Virus record (IMG/VR): IMGVR_UViG_3300034008_000032
DNA length: 64,000 nt
Origin: a virus
Strand: one strand, 5' to 3'
Below the pieces are notes generated by a model. It saw nothing but the letters and a program-made list of their open reading frames with translations. It had not been told where the DNA came from and did no database searches. The position numbers and the translations under genes are program-made. Positions 1 to 8,498 of this stretch are shown in pieces. Position 1 is the stretch's first letter; the number at the start of each line of letters is the position of its first letter.

Positions 1-2
1 GC

Positions 3-206
3 GAAGGCGACCATTCTGTGTCCACGTACTGGCCGTGCGAGACGTGGGCGCTGACTGTTGCAGTGTCCACGCTGCCGGGTGTCATGGCGGACTGCTGGGA
101 GGAAGGCTTCGCCAAGGCTGGCCGGCTCATCCTGGGGTTGGACGTGGGCACGTGGCCGCCGTCCCCTAACCCGTACCGGGCAGCGGTGGATGGCGGGACG
201 CTGTGA
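3..206 (+). CDS. hypothetical protein, 5'-truncated at window edge
   Basis: Frame is open to the edge; TGA overlaps the next GTG (GTGA). Confidence 0.45.
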   Translation, partial: EGDHSVSTYWPCETWALTVAVSTLPGVMADCWEEGFAKAGRLILGLDVGTWPPSPNPYRAAVDGGTL

Positions 207-364
207 CGCCCGGCGAGTACATGGCTGCGTGGTGGGCGGAAGCGCATGCCCATCCGCGGCTGCTGGTGTTGGTGCTGGTGGGTGTCCGGGCTGTGGCCCG
301 TGAGGTCCGCTACTGGCTGGGTCGGCCCATTGACGCCGGAGATGTGGACAGCCCCACACCCTGA
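203..364 (+). CDS. small hypothetical protein (53 aa, hydrophobic middle)
   Basis: Hand-translated MTPGEYMAAWWAEAHAHPRLLVLVLVGVRAV...; GTGA overlap with the previous gene; below the ORF-track cutoff. Confidence 0.5.
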   Translation: MTPGEYMAAWWAEAHAHPRLLVLVLVGVRAVAREVRYWLGRPIDAGDVDSPTP

Positions 365-431
365 CGTGGTGTGGGGCTGCGGCGAGCCTGCCGGCCACGC
401 ACCCATCGTGGCATGCGGGGCGGTCTGGTGG

Positions 432-527
432 CTACTTGCCGAGGTGGACCACTGACGCCTTCTGCGCGGCGGCTAGGCGGCGGTTCAGGTCTGCCAGGGC
501 TTTGCGCATCTCGGGGGTCATGTACAT
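432..527 (-). CDS. 31-aa peptide MYMTPEMRKALADLNRRLAAAQKASVVHLGK
   Basis: GAAAGG Shine-Dalgarno 6 nt before the ATG; directly downstream of the minus-strand promoter at 603-568. Confidence 0.55.
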   Translation of the reverse strand: MYMTPEMRKALADLNRRLAAAQKASVVHLGK

Positions 528-567
528 GGGCTGCCTTTCGGTGGGGGGCTGGGGTGGTCGTGCTGAC

Positions 568-603
568 GTACCAATAATGGCATGCACGGATGGGTGTGGT
601 CAA
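568..603 (-). promoter_or_regulatory. promoter/operator element (minus strand)
   Basis: TTGACC-acacccatccgtgca-TGC-CATTAT-TGGTAC; same layout as the other copies and close to the 52635 copy. Confidence 0.75.
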
Positions 604-638
604 CGGGGAAATTGCCGGAAATTGTTCTGTGTCAGGGG

Positions 639-674
639 TTGCAGTCGCTGACCAACACATGCCAGAATAGGTAC
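639..674 (+). promoter_or_regulatory. leaderless promoter/operator element
   Basis: TTGCAG-N15-TGC-CAGAAT-AGGTAC, then ATG at 675. Confidence 0.8.
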
Positions 675-1211
675 ATGGACACCACGACCGGCGCACAGAC
701 GCCCACCCAGAAGATCACCGACGCGCAGATGCGTGCCCTGCACGCCATGGTGCAGAAGAACGACCCCGGCCACAACGGCTGGGTCGAGACCCCCAACAGG
801 GGTGTGCTGAACCGGCTGGTAAAGGCAGGCCTCTTGCGCGAGCGCGCCTTCCATGAGCGAGGCCCGTTGTACCGGGTGACTGACGCCGGCCGGGCGGCGC
901 ACGACGCGGTGTACACCGCGGACCGGCTGGCCGCCGAGGCGCAGGCGCGGTCGCGGGAGGCCAAGGCCGCCCGCGACGCAGCGCAGGCGCGGCGCGACGA
1001 CATGGACACCGCAGCGGAACTGCGCACCGAGGACATGGCGGCGGTGCGGGACATGCTGGGTGACGCAGCCCCCTGGTGGACGAAGGGCGGGGCCAAGCCG
1101 CACGACGACTACAGCGGCATCAGCGGCGGCGATTCGGTCGGCCGTATCACCGCCACCGAACTGCGGCGCTACCTCGAGGCTGCGCTGCGGAACGCCGGGG
1201 TGCAGGCATGA
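675..1211 (+). CDS. hypothetical protein, possible N-terminal winged helix
   Basis: Start placed at ATG 675 by the promoter element; ITDAQMRALHAM...VLNRLVKAGLL resembles a wHTH. Confidence 0.7.
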   Translation: MDTTTGAQTPTQKITDAQMRALHAMVQKNDPGHNGWVETPNRGVLNRLVKAGLLRERAFHERGPLYRVTDAGRAAHDAVYTADRLAAEAQARSREAKAARDAAQARRDDMDTAAELRTEDMAAVRDMLGDAAPWWTKGGAKPHDDYSGISGGDSVGRITATELRRYLEAALRNAGVQA

Positions 1212-1387
1212 ACCGGGACTGGACCATGAACACCGGCGAGTGCTGGTGCTATCGCACCTGCCGGGCGTGCAGCCACAGCGGCACCTGGCATGTGCACCCC
1301 GGCGAGCGTTGCCCCGTTCACCCTGACGCGCCGGGCGACTGGTCCGCGGCCGAGCGCGCCGCAGCGTTGTTGGCGGTGAAGGCGTGA
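1208..1387 (+). CDS. small Cys/His-rich hypothetical protein
   Basis: ATGA overlap; CWC..CRAC..H.H...CPVH. Confidence 0.6.
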   Translation: MNRDWTMNTGECWCYRTCRACSHSGTWHVHPGERCPVHPDAPGDWSAAERAAALLAVKA

Positions 1388-1608
1388 GCGCCCGCACCCT
1401 GACGTACCCGGAGCAGCAGGCGTACTGGCTGCTGCGGGCGGCCGGCCCGCAGGCTGCGTCTGAGGTAGCCACCCGCATGGGGTGGCCGATGGGTCCCACC
1501 CTGCGCATCCTGCTGGGGCTGCGCATAGCCGGGCTGGTGCAGGTGGCTGTGCTGCCCACCGCATCCCTGTGGTGGCTGACCCCGCCAGTCCCCGACGAGG
1601 AGGTGTGA
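1384..1608 (+). CDS. winged helix-turn-helix protein
   Basis: ASEVATRMGWPMGPTLRILLGLRIAGLV pattern; GTGA overlaps at both ends. Confidence 0.6.
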   Translation: MSARTLTYPEQQAYWLLRAAGPQAASEVATRMGWPMGPTLRILLGLRIAGLVQVAVLPTASLWWLTPPVPDEEV

Positions 1609-2054
1609 CCGTGGACGCTATGGATCCGGCCGTGCTGGAGGCTATTCGGCGCCGGTACATCCACGCGGTGGTGCCGTACACCGGCAGCGGCGCCACGGAC
1701 AGGTGGCTGAACACTGCGGACCGTGACCGTGGCCAACTACTGCTCGAGGTAGACCGGCTGCGGGCGCTGCTAGACGGTGCGCCGACGCTGACCCTGGAGT
1801 ACCGTGCCGTGTACTCGTTCCCTCCGTCGTACCTGGGCCCCACACCAGACCGCTACAGCCTGGCGCAGGCAACGCCGGACCGGCTGCCGCGCTGCCCGCG
1901 GTCCGAGGAGAACTGGGGGTTCACGTCCGGGGTGCAGTCCCGGGTGGTGGGCGCTTGGGGTCCGCAGTGCACCGGCCGCTGCGAGACCGCCGTGGTGTCC
2001 GACCGGTTCGTCCGGCGCACCGATCCTGACTGCCCACTACACAAGGAGGTTTGA
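1605..2054 (+). CDS. hypothetical protein
   Basis: GAGGAGG SD and GTGA overlap; C-terminal Cys motifs. Confidence 0.6.
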   Translation: MTVDAMDPAVLEAIRRRYIHAVVPYTGSGATDRWLNTADRDRGQLLLEVDRLRALLDGAPTLTLEYRAVYSFPPSYLGPTPDRYSLAQATPDRLPRCPRSEENWGFTSGVQSRVVGAWGPQCTGRCETAVVSDRFVRRTDPDCPLHKEV

Positions 2055-2056
2055 CC

Positions 2057-2293
2057 ATGGGCACCGAGCCTGTGACGCTGGACCGCGTCGAGGAAATCCG
2101 CGAACGCTGGTCCGTGCAGGAGAGCGCACCGGGTGTGGCGCCGTCCCCCACCGAGGCGCAGGACTACCAGGACGTGCACGAACTGCTGGCCATGCTGGAC
2201 TGGGCGGTGGCCCAACTGGCTGAGGTCGAGGGGGACCTGGAAGTCCGCAACGACGAAGTGGCTGCGCTGCGTGTGCAGGCAGGTGTGGGTTGA
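2057..2293 (+). CDS. hypothetical coiled-coil protein
   Basis: AAGGAGG SD; ORF track. Confidence 0.65.
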   Translation: MGTEPVTLDRVEEIRERWSVQESAPGVAPSPTEAQDYQDVHELLAMLDWAVAQLAEVEGDLEVRNDEVAALRVQAGVG

Positions 2294-2502
2294 TGGCGTT
2301 CGCGGTGGTGTTGGCGGTGTGCACGTTGCTGCTGGGCGGCGGCACCGTGTGGTGGCTGGGCCGGCGCGCCAACCAGCAGATTGAGGCGAAGGCGCGTGAG
2401 CGTTTCGACGCCCTGGTGCGGGAGGCGTACCTGGACGCGGCGCCGTCGCAGGAGGCGCTGGACGCGGCCGCTTGCGCGAACCTGGAGAAGACGGCGTGGT
2501 AG
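2293..2502 (+). CDS. small membrane protein
   Basis: N-terminal hydrophobic helix; TGATG coupling. Confidence 0.65.
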   Translation: MAFAVVLAVCTLLLGGGTVWWLGRRANQQIEAKARERFDALVREAYLDAAPSQEALDAAACANLEKTAW

Positions 2503-2642
2503 GTCAGTCAGCCCGCTGCCCGGTGTGTCAGCGCATCATTCGCGCCACCACGCCCGGCGGCAGTGACGGGTCCGTGGCGTGGCTGGTGAAGCATGGGCCG
2601 GTGAAGGCGCGCTGTGCTGGCAGTGGCCGGCCGGTGCGGTGA
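2496..2642 (+). CDS. small zinc-ribbon-like protein (48 aa)
   Basis: Hand-translated MVGQSARCPVCQRII...KHGPVKARCAGSGRPVR; fills the gap and overlaps the next GTG. Confidence 0.5.
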   Translation: MVGQSARCPVCQRIIRATTPGGSDGSVAWLVKHGPVKARCAGSGRPVR

Positions 2643-2884
2643 CCCGCCCGGACAGTCCCGGCGGCTGGGTGCAAACGCTGGCCGCCGAGAAGCAGGCTAT
2701 CGCCCTGGGAATCCTGGACCGCTGCCCACACGAGGGCGTCATGGGTCCGTGCACCCGAGCAGCCCGGCACCCGCTGCCGCATGCTGTGCCGGACCGGCGA
2801 AAAGGTGCCGGATTTGGTCAGATTGTGCCGGATGCTGCCAGCAGCCCCGGTAAGCGCGGCAAGACTGCAAAAAAATCCCGATAA
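2639..2884 (+). CDS. hypothetical protein
   Basis: GTGA overlap; start shortened from track ORF 2579. Confidence 0.5.
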   Translation: MTRPDSPGGWVQTLAAEKQAIALGILDRCPHEGVMGPCTRAARHPLPHAVPDRRKGAGFGQIVPDAASSPGKRGKTAKKSR

Positions 2885-2897
2885 CGGCACGCCCGTA

Positions 2898-2933
2898 TTG
2901 ACACATGCCAAGATAGGCAGATAGGGTGTTCTT
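2898..2933 (+). promoter_or_regulatory. leaderless promoter with operator dyad between -35 and -10
   Basis: TTGACA-caTGCCaagataGGCAga-TAGGGT-gttctt-ATG(2934). Confidence 0.8.
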
Positions 2934-3284
2934 ATGACCACACCAATGACCGAGACCCGCATGGCGGTCAGTCTCGCCCACAGCATCGAGCGGGACCACA
3001 ACCCCCGCGCCTACTGGAAGGGCGCACTGCCCTCTGGTGACGCCCGCAGCCTCCTGGTGGACGTAGCAGACGCCACCGGCGCCAACGGCACCCGCACCTT
3101 CACCGTCACCGTGCACGAGGTGGACCCCTCCGAGGGCAACGACACCGAAGTGCAGCGCCTGGCCGACCTGCTGCTCGAGGGGTTGGAGTCCGCGCTGCCG
3201 GACGTCACAGACCCCATAACTGACCCAGAGATGGTGGCGCGGCACGTCGCCCAGTACATGGTGCTGCGGGGGGTGCACGTATGA
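2934..3284 (+). CDS. hypothetical protein (leaderless)
   Basis: ORF track; ATG 36 nt after TTGACA. Confidence 0.75.
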   Translation: MTTPMTETRMAVSLAHSIERDHNPRAYWKGALPSGDARSLLVDVADATGANGTRTFTVTVHEVDPSEGNDTEVQRLADLLLEGLESALPDVTDPITDPEMVARHVAQYMVLRGVHV

Positions 3285-3580
3285 GCATGGACGCGGACAC
3301 GGCGGTGCGTGTGGCGGACATGCTGGACACGCAACTGATGCGGGTGGCGGACGACACCCTGACGCCGGCGCAGTTAATCAACGCCATGGCGGACTTTGTG
3401 ACCGAGGCCCGCAAGTATTCCGCCCGGCTGCGGGCAGCCCACCAGTCCCCACTGCCCGAGGGTATGGACGAAGTGCTACGGCTGGCCGCATTGATCGAGC
3501 GCGGCCACACTGACACCAACCCCAAGCCGCTGGCTGTCGACCTGGCCCGGCACCTGCTGGACCACGGGGTGCGGCTGTGA
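3281..3580 (+). CDS. hypothetical protein
   Basis: ATGA overlap. Confidence 0.7.
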   Translation: MSMDADTAVRVADMLDTQLMRVADDTLTPAQLINAMADFVTEARKYSARLRAAHQSPLPEGMDEVLRLAALIERGHTDTNPKPLAVDLARHLLDHGVRL

Positions 3581-4122
3581 CCTACAGGATGGGGGACACC
3601 AGCCCAGAGGCTGCGGCGGCGCTGCTGGCCAGCCTGGACCCGGGGGACGTTGGGCGCCGTCCGTGGGTCGCCGAGGTGGTGCGGCTGCGCGCCCTGCTGG
3701 GTAGCCCGTGGGTGCGGGTGGTGAACGGGCCGCACGAGGCCGCCACGCTGCCAGACCGCACCGTGCTGCGGTTCAACGACGGCGACGTGTGCGAACTGGG
3801 CACATACGGTGACCTGCTCGAACGGGAGCGATACCTGCACTACATGGGGCAGCAGACCAGCCCACCGCTGGACGCCGAGTGGCTGCAGTGGCCGGCCACG
3901 GTGTTGTGGAACCCGGACCAGGCCACTAACGGCTGTACCTGCATCCCCCATGACCAGTACGCCGGCGGCGGTCACACCGAGCGTCTGGTCGAGTACGACC
4001 CTGCCTGCCCTGTGCACAGCGAGCACGTGTACAACCCGCGGACCGGCGTTTGGCAGTTCGCTGACCCCGCCAAGAACGCTCGATGGGAGGCGGACCGGGC
4101 ATCGGCCGACGTCCCCTTCTGA
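3577..4122 (+). CDS. hypothetical protein
   Basis: GTGA overlap; C-terminal Cys/His motifs. Confidence 0.7.
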   Translation: MTYRMGDTSPEAAAALLASLDPGDVGRRPWVAEVVRLRALLGSPWVRVVNGPHEAATLPDRTVLRFNDGDVCELGTYGDLLERERYLHYMGQQTSPPLDAEWLQWPATVLWNPDQATNGCTCIPHDQYAGGGHTERLVEYDPACPVHSEHVYNPRTGVWQFADPAKNARWEADRASADVPF

Positions 4123-4157
4123 CCAACCTGACCACCCCAACCCCAACCGGAGGAACT

Positions 4158-4565
4158 ATGAAGGCAATCACCCGAGCACTCGCCGGCGCCGTAGCCGCAG
4201 CCACGCTTGTCCTGGCCGGCTGCACGTCCGCGGCCGACACAGCGAACGAGAACCTGACCAAGGCGGCCGAAAACTTCGAGGTGCCGCGCCGCATCGTCGG
4301 GGTCAACGGCATCACGGACCGGGTGCTGTTCTCGGTCGAGGGCTTCTGCTCGTACGAGGTGGTGGATCGCAAGTTTGAGGCAATCTGCCTCGTTGACCGG
4401 GCCAGCGGCGAGGTGGAGCGCATCACGATGGGTCTGTCCGACAACGTGACCTTCGTGTCCACGCAGACCGGCGGCAAGGAGGTGGGGCTGTTTCGGCCGC
4501 GCGTGATCTTCCGGCCCGAGAACATCGTCCCCAACTTCGACCTGTCCACCAGTGCAGGACGCTAG
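4158..4565 (+). CDS. lipoprotein (phage beta-sandwich lipoprotein family)
   Basis: GGAGG SD; signal peptide with lipobox LAGC; AADTANENLTKAAENFEVPRRIVGVNGITD family motif. Confidence 0.75.
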   Translation: MKAITRALAGAVAAATLVLAGCTSAADTANENLTKAAENFEVPRRIVGVNGITDRVLFSVEGFCSYEVVDRKFEAICLVDRASGEVERITMGLSDNVTFVSTQTGGKEVGLFRPRVIFRPENIVPNFDLSTSAGR

Positions 4566-4575
4566 GGGCACCCCC

Positions 4576-4863
4576 GTGACCATCAGCGATTTGGACGTGC
4601 AGGGCAAGCCGCCGGTGGGTGCAGCGGTCCGCTTCTACGGCCACCACGCCGGCCAGGTCCACGAGTGGCGGGTGGGCATCGTGTGGGCCCACCCCGCCAT
4701 GTTCCCCGCCTACTGCGTCATCCGAACCGAGCAGCCCGGCACAGTCATCCTGCTGCCGGCGTCCGCGCTTCACCCCACCACCCCCGATGACGCCTGGGAC
4801 GTGCACGTGCTGTCAGCGCTGCTGTGCGTATCCGACGTAGCCATCCCCGAAAGGACCACATGA
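4576..4863 (+). CDS. hypothetical protein
   Basis: Fits operon packing; stop overlaps the next ATG. Confidence 0.55.
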   Translation: MTISDLDVQGKPPVGAAVRFYGHHAGQVHEWRVGIVWAHPAMFPAYCVIRTEQPGTVILLPASALHPTTPDDAWDVHVLSALLCVSDVAIPERTT

Positions 4864-5498
4864 CCAACATCCTCCTGCTGGTGTGCATTGCACTGCTGGC
4901 AGTCATCGTCTCCCGTGACCTGCGGGCCCGGCTGCGCGAGCGCCGCACCCCACCGCCGGACACCAGCACCCTTCCCATTCAGACCGGCCAGGCTGAGTTG
5001 GACACCGCCATGTCGGCGCTGCTGACCAAGTGGACGGAGGCGCTGGACGGCGCCATCGACGAGGTGTACGCCACCCTGACCCACGCCTACCCGGGGCTGT
5101 ACGCCAACCCTGACCAGGACACGGACACGACGGTGGAGTTCCGCACCCGCGAGCCCGGCACTGGCCGGTGGGTGGACCTCTCCCCTGCGGCGGCGCTGTA
5201 CGCGCACAGGAAGGGCTTCGAGGTGGAGCGTAGGCAGTCCACCGTGACCGAGTGGGAGGTGGAGCCGAACCCCAACAAGATGGTGGCCCGGCGGGTGCCG
5301 GTCATGCCGCCGCCTGCCATGGCTATGCCCACCGAGCACCCGGACCATCCCACCGGCTACGACGCAGAGGCAGCCAAGGTGCTGGTGGGCGCAGGCGCCG
5401 GCCACGCCACGATCGCCTTCGGCGGCGACACCGGCAAGTCCGAGGGCCCGCATCTGCACTTCAGTGGTGCGCACGCAGCGCAGGCTGACGCGCTGTGA
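4860..5498 (+). CDS. membrane-anchored protein ending in an M23-peptidase-like motif
   Basis: GAAAGG SD; N-terminal TM helix; C-terminal GGDTGKSEGPHLHF. Confidence 0.65.
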   Translation: MTNILLLVCIALLAVIVSRDLRARLRERRTPPPDTSTLPIQTGQAELDTAMSALLTKWTEALDGAIDEVYATLTHAYPGLYANPDQDTDTTVEFRTREPGTGRWVDLSPAAALYAHRKGFEVERRQSTVTEWEVEPNPNKMVARRVPVMPPPAMAMPTEHPDHPTGYDAEAAKVLVGAGAGHATIAFGGDTGKSEGPHLHFSGAHAAQADAL

Positions 5499-5710
5499 CC
5501 GGGCCACGGCCCGGCGCCGCACCTGCACACCGACTGCTGGGTGTCCCACAGCCCCTGTCGCACCACGACAGTGTGGCGTTCGCCGGCTGGTGCGTAGGCA
5601 TCGGGTTGGTGGCTGTCGCTGACAGCATCGCTGCTGTGGCCGCAGCCCTGACCCCACCGTCATCCGAGCCTCCCGCCCGTGCGCCATGGCTGGACGGGGG
5701 GTTGCAGTGA
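5495..5710 (+). CDS. small membrane protein
   Basis: GTGA overlaps; hydrophobic segment. Confidence 0.5.
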   Translation: MTGPRPGAAPAHRLLGVPQPLSHHDSVAFAGWCVGIGLVAVADSIAAVAAALTPPSSEPPARAPWLDGGLQ

Positions 5711-6030
5711 GCAACCTCGAGGTGTTCCTGAACTGGCTGTCCGCGCACATGGACGGCCGGCACAACCAGTCCGACTTCGACCGCATGGTGGCCGGTGCAC
5801 AAGCCATCGGTGGCGCGCTGGCGCTGGCGCTGCTGCTGCTGGGACTGGCTGCACTGGTGGCCGCCTGCCGGCGCGGCAGCACCCGCCACCACAAGTACGT
5901 GTACTACCGCGAGGACGGCGAGCCGCTGTACGAGGGCTGGTCGCATGCGCCCGTCGCCGGCCGACGCGCAGCAGACACCCCCGAGTGGCAGCCCGCCACC
6001 ACCACCCCTACCAGAGAGGCAACCCCATGA
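5707..6030 (+). CDS. membrane protein
   Basis: GTGA overlap; TM segment ALALALLLLGLAALVAAC. Confidence 0.6.
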   Translation: MSNLEVFLNWLSAHMDGRHNQSDFDRMVAGAQAIGGALALALLLLGLAALVAACRRGSTRHHKYVYYREDGEPLYEGWSHAPVAGRRAADTPEWQPATTTPTREATP

Positions 6031-6599
6031 GTACACCTGTGGACCCCGGCCAGTACCCGCCGCAGCAGCCCTACGGTGGGCAGCAGCCGAACCCGTCCGC
6101 CGGCTGGCAGCCGCCTGCCGGGTTCCCGCCGCCGCCGCACACCGTCCCCGGCCCCAAGAAGAGGCGGGCGTGGGTGTCGCTGCTGGGCGCGTTCCTGCTC
6201 GGCCTTCTGCTGGGCGGCATCGGCAGTTGCGGCGCTGACCCGACTGTCACCACCGCCCCGGCGCCCACGGTCACCGTCACCCAGCCCGGGGCTACCGTCA
6301 CCGCACCCGTCCCTAAGGCCGACAGGACGACCGCCGCACCCAAGGCCGAGGCCACCACCGAAGCGCCGAAGGCTGCGGCCGGCATCGAGGACGGGTCATG
6401 GGCGGTGGGTGACGAGGTGAAGCCGGGTAGTTACGCGGTGCAGGCAGACGACGACTTCTGCTACTTCCAGACCAGCGCTGACGAGAACGGCGAGAAGATC
6501 GACGTTCAGGGGTTGGGCACCGGCCGGCACCGGGTCAACCTGAGGGCGGGCGACTACTTTCAGACCAGCAACTGCGGCACCTGGCAGCGTGTGAAGTGA
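6027..6599 (+). CDS. Pro-rich membrane-anchored surface protein
   Basis: P/Q-rich N-terminus, KKRR, TM helix, T/P linker, C-terminal IEDGSWAVGDEVKPGSY...CY...SNCGTW domain typical of actinobacterial surface proteins. Confidence 0.7.
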   Translation: MSTPVDPGQYPPQQPYGGQQPNPSAGWQPPAGFPPPPHTVPGPKKRRAWVSLLGAFLLGLLLGGIGSCGADPTVTTAPAPTVTVTQPGATVTAPVPKADRTTAAPKAEATTEAPKAAAGIEDGSWAVGDEVKPGSYAVQADDDFCYFQTSADENGEKIDVQGLGTGRHRVNLRAGDYFQTSNCGTWQRVK

Positions 6600-7237
6600 C
6601 CGGCGTGGACACCCCGCGGGGGGTGGTGGACGACAGCGCAGCCCACGACGCAGCGGTGGCTGAGATTGTGTGGCTGATGACGAAGGCTGGCCCGTTCGGC
6701 TCGCCTGCCGAGCGGGCAGCGAACCTGCTGGACCGGCTGGGTACCCGCGGGTCCGCAGCGCACACCTACCTGGACACGCTGGCGCGCGCGAAGCAGTACG
6801 TGGACGACAACATTCACGAGGGCGTCATCTGTCCGTGCTGCGGGCAGACCGCGCACCTGTACCGGCGGGCGTTGAACGCCGGCATGGCCCGCGCCCTGAT
6901 TCTGCTGCACCGCGCCTGCCCGGACGCACCGTACGACCAGCAGTGGCTGTACAAGCCGGACGTGCTGCGCGGCGTCGGCGCGGCGGCCCGAGACGAGTCG
7001 CTGCTGCGGTTCTGGGGGCTGCTGGAGGACAGCCAGGAGCGGCGGGCGGACGGCGGCAAGGCCGGCTGGTGGCGGGTCACCAACGACGGGCACTCGTTCG
7101 CGCGCGGCAACCTACGGGTCCCGCGGTACGTGACCGTCTACAACGGCCAATCCCACGGACTGGAGGGCCCGGACATTGACGTGCGGGACGCGCTGGGGCA
7201 CCGCTTCAACTACGACGACCTCATGCGGGGGGTGTGA
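6596..7237 (+). CDS. hypothetical protein with CPCCG motif
   Basis: ORF track; GTGA overlap. Confidence 0.75.
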   Translation: MTGVDTPRGVVDDSAAHDAAVAEIVWLMTKAGPFGSPAERAANLLDRLGTRGSAAHTYLDTLARAKQYVDDNIHEGVICPCCGQTAHLYRRALNAGMARALILLHRACPDAPYDQQWLYKPDVLRGVGAAARDESLLRFWGLLEDSQERRADGGKAGWWRVTNDGHSFARGNLRVPRYVTVYNGQSHGLEGPDIDVRDALGHRFNYDDLMRGV

Positions 7238-7238
7238 C

Positions 7239-7451
7239 ATGGCCACCAGTGCACGCGTGCCGGGGCACACCCTGATAGCGGAGGGGGCGCCGTTCGCGGT
7301 GGTGGGCGGTGCCAGGACCACCCGCACCAACCCTATGGGCACCGGCGGTTCGGGGCGCGGGCTGTGCACCTGCGGCGAGTGGTCCCCCATGCTGGACTCG
7401 TCCACGCAGCGTAAGCAGTGGCACCGCGAGCACAAGGCGGCTGTCCAGTGA
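7239..7451 (+). CDS. small hypothetical protein, possible Zn finger
   Basis: CTCG...WHREH. Confidence 0.6.
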   Translation: MATSARVPGHTLIAEGAPFAVVGGARTTRTNPMGTGGSGRGLCTCGEWSPMLDSSTQRKQWHREHKAAVQ

Positions 7452-7684
7452 CCACCCGCGAGCCTTCGTCCGAGACGGAGCATGTGGGTCAGCGTCCGTC
7501 ACGGCTGGACAGGCTGCTGCACCCCGGCTACGTGTCCAACGCCGCCGCCTCCCATTGGCGGTGCTTCCGCTGGTTTGTGGGTGACCTGCCCACCCCCGGC
7601 GGCGGAACCCTGGGCGAGGACGTGTACGAGGCCCACGAGTGGCTGCGGCAGACCTGGCTGCGCGTGACAGGCCGCCCCGAGTGA
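7448..7684 (+). CDS. hypothetical protein
   Basis: GTGA overlaps. Confidence 0.55.
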   Translation: MTTREPSSETEHVGQRPSRLDRLLHPGYVSNAAASHWRCFRWFVGDLPTPGGGTLGEDVYEAHEWLRQTWLRVTGRPE

Positions 7685-7845
7685 CCGGCTACGAGATGGT
7701 GGTCACCTTCCGGCAGACCCGCGCACCCTGGCTGTGGTACTCGAGGGCCACCGATGGAACCCGGTGGGTGGCGGGCCCGCGGCGGCTGACCGAACGACAG
7801 GCGCAGCGTGCTGCCCGCCGGCTGCTGACAAAGGTGGGGGCGTGA
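7681..7845 (+). CDS. hypothetical protein
   Basis: GTGA overlaps. Confidence 0.5.
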   Translation: MTGYEMVVTFRQTRAPWLWYSRATDGTRWVAGPRRLTERQAQRAARRLLTKVGA

Positions 7846-8063
7846 CCAGGCCCCGCGACGAGCGGCGCCTGCACTCGGTGGTGCTGGTGCTGGCTGTAGG
7901 CCACGTGCTGCTGGCGTCCCTCGCGTTCATAGTGGACCGAGACCGCTACGTGTGGCCGGTGCTGCGCGAGGTGTACCCGTGGGTGTTCGTGGCTGCGTAC
8001 GCCTGGTCGGCACGCGCCAGCAGCAAGGGGGTTGTGGACCCACCTACTCGTGTGCCACAATAG
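7842..8063 (+). CDS. small membrane protein
   Basis: Two hydrophobic segments; GTGA overlap. Confidence 0.55.
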   Translation: MTRPRDERRLHSVVLVLAVGHVLLASLAFIVDRDRYVWPVLREVYPWVFVAAYAWSARASSKGVVDPPTRVPQ

Positions 8064-8067
8064 GTAC
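8032..8067 (+). promoter_or_regulatory. leaderless promoter/operator element
   Basis: TTGTGG-N15-TGC-CACAAT-AGGTAC-ATG(8068). Confidence 0.8.
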
Positions 8068-8481
8068 ATGAACGCATACACCGAGCAGGTCACCATCGGC
8101 ACCCCGCTGCGCGCTCGCACCGAAGAGTTCTACACCGGCATCAAGCGCGGCGACATTGTCTGGGTCATCGCGCACCGCGACGGCGACGGTCTACCGGACC
8201 GGGTCGAGGTCTGCGGCGACAACGACCAGGCCAGCCTGTGCACCAGCCTGGCCGACTTCGAAGAGGTTGCCCGTGACACCCTGACGCACCGCCAGTGGCA
8301 GGCAGGCTCCCGGGTCATGGCGTCGTTGGCCAAGTCGTACCTGGAGCGCGCGTACGCGGCAGCCAACCACCAGTACCAGCCGTCCGACACCGAAGCTCTG
8401 GCATGGCTGCACAAGGCGGCGGACCTGAGGCTGCTGTCCCATCGCCTACACGTGCAGGGCGGCGATGCTGGCCGCTGGTGA
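8068..8481 (+). CDS. hypothetical protein (leaderless, moron-like)
   Basis: Has its own promoter and a downstream terminator. Confidence 0.75.
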   Translation: MNAYTEQVTIGTPLRARTEEFYTGIKRGDIVWVIAHRDGDGLPDRVEVCGDNDQASLCTSLADFEEVARDTLTHRQWQAGSRVMASLAKSYLERAYAAANHQYQPSDTEALAWLHKAADLRLLSHRLHVQGGDAGRW

Positions 8482-8498
8482 CCTGACCCTCTACCCCA

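Noticed and set aside
600-1736. Long minus-strand ORFs (also 3205-4146, 13072-14736, 17403-19028, 20403-21806, 59945-61324, 61337-62395)
   Set aside because: They are shadow frames of GC-rich plus-strand genes, with Arg/Pro/Ala-biased text, no motifs, and full overlap with well-supported genes
4158-4565. Recombination directionality factor label that I recall on similar proteins
   Set aside because: A lipobox signal peptide and the absence of an integrase do not fit an RDF
8032-8067. ORF-track TTG starts at 8032, 35020, 35699, 42908 and 52635
   Set aside because: These TTGs are the -35 boxes; they are in frame only because the ATG is 36 nt downstream
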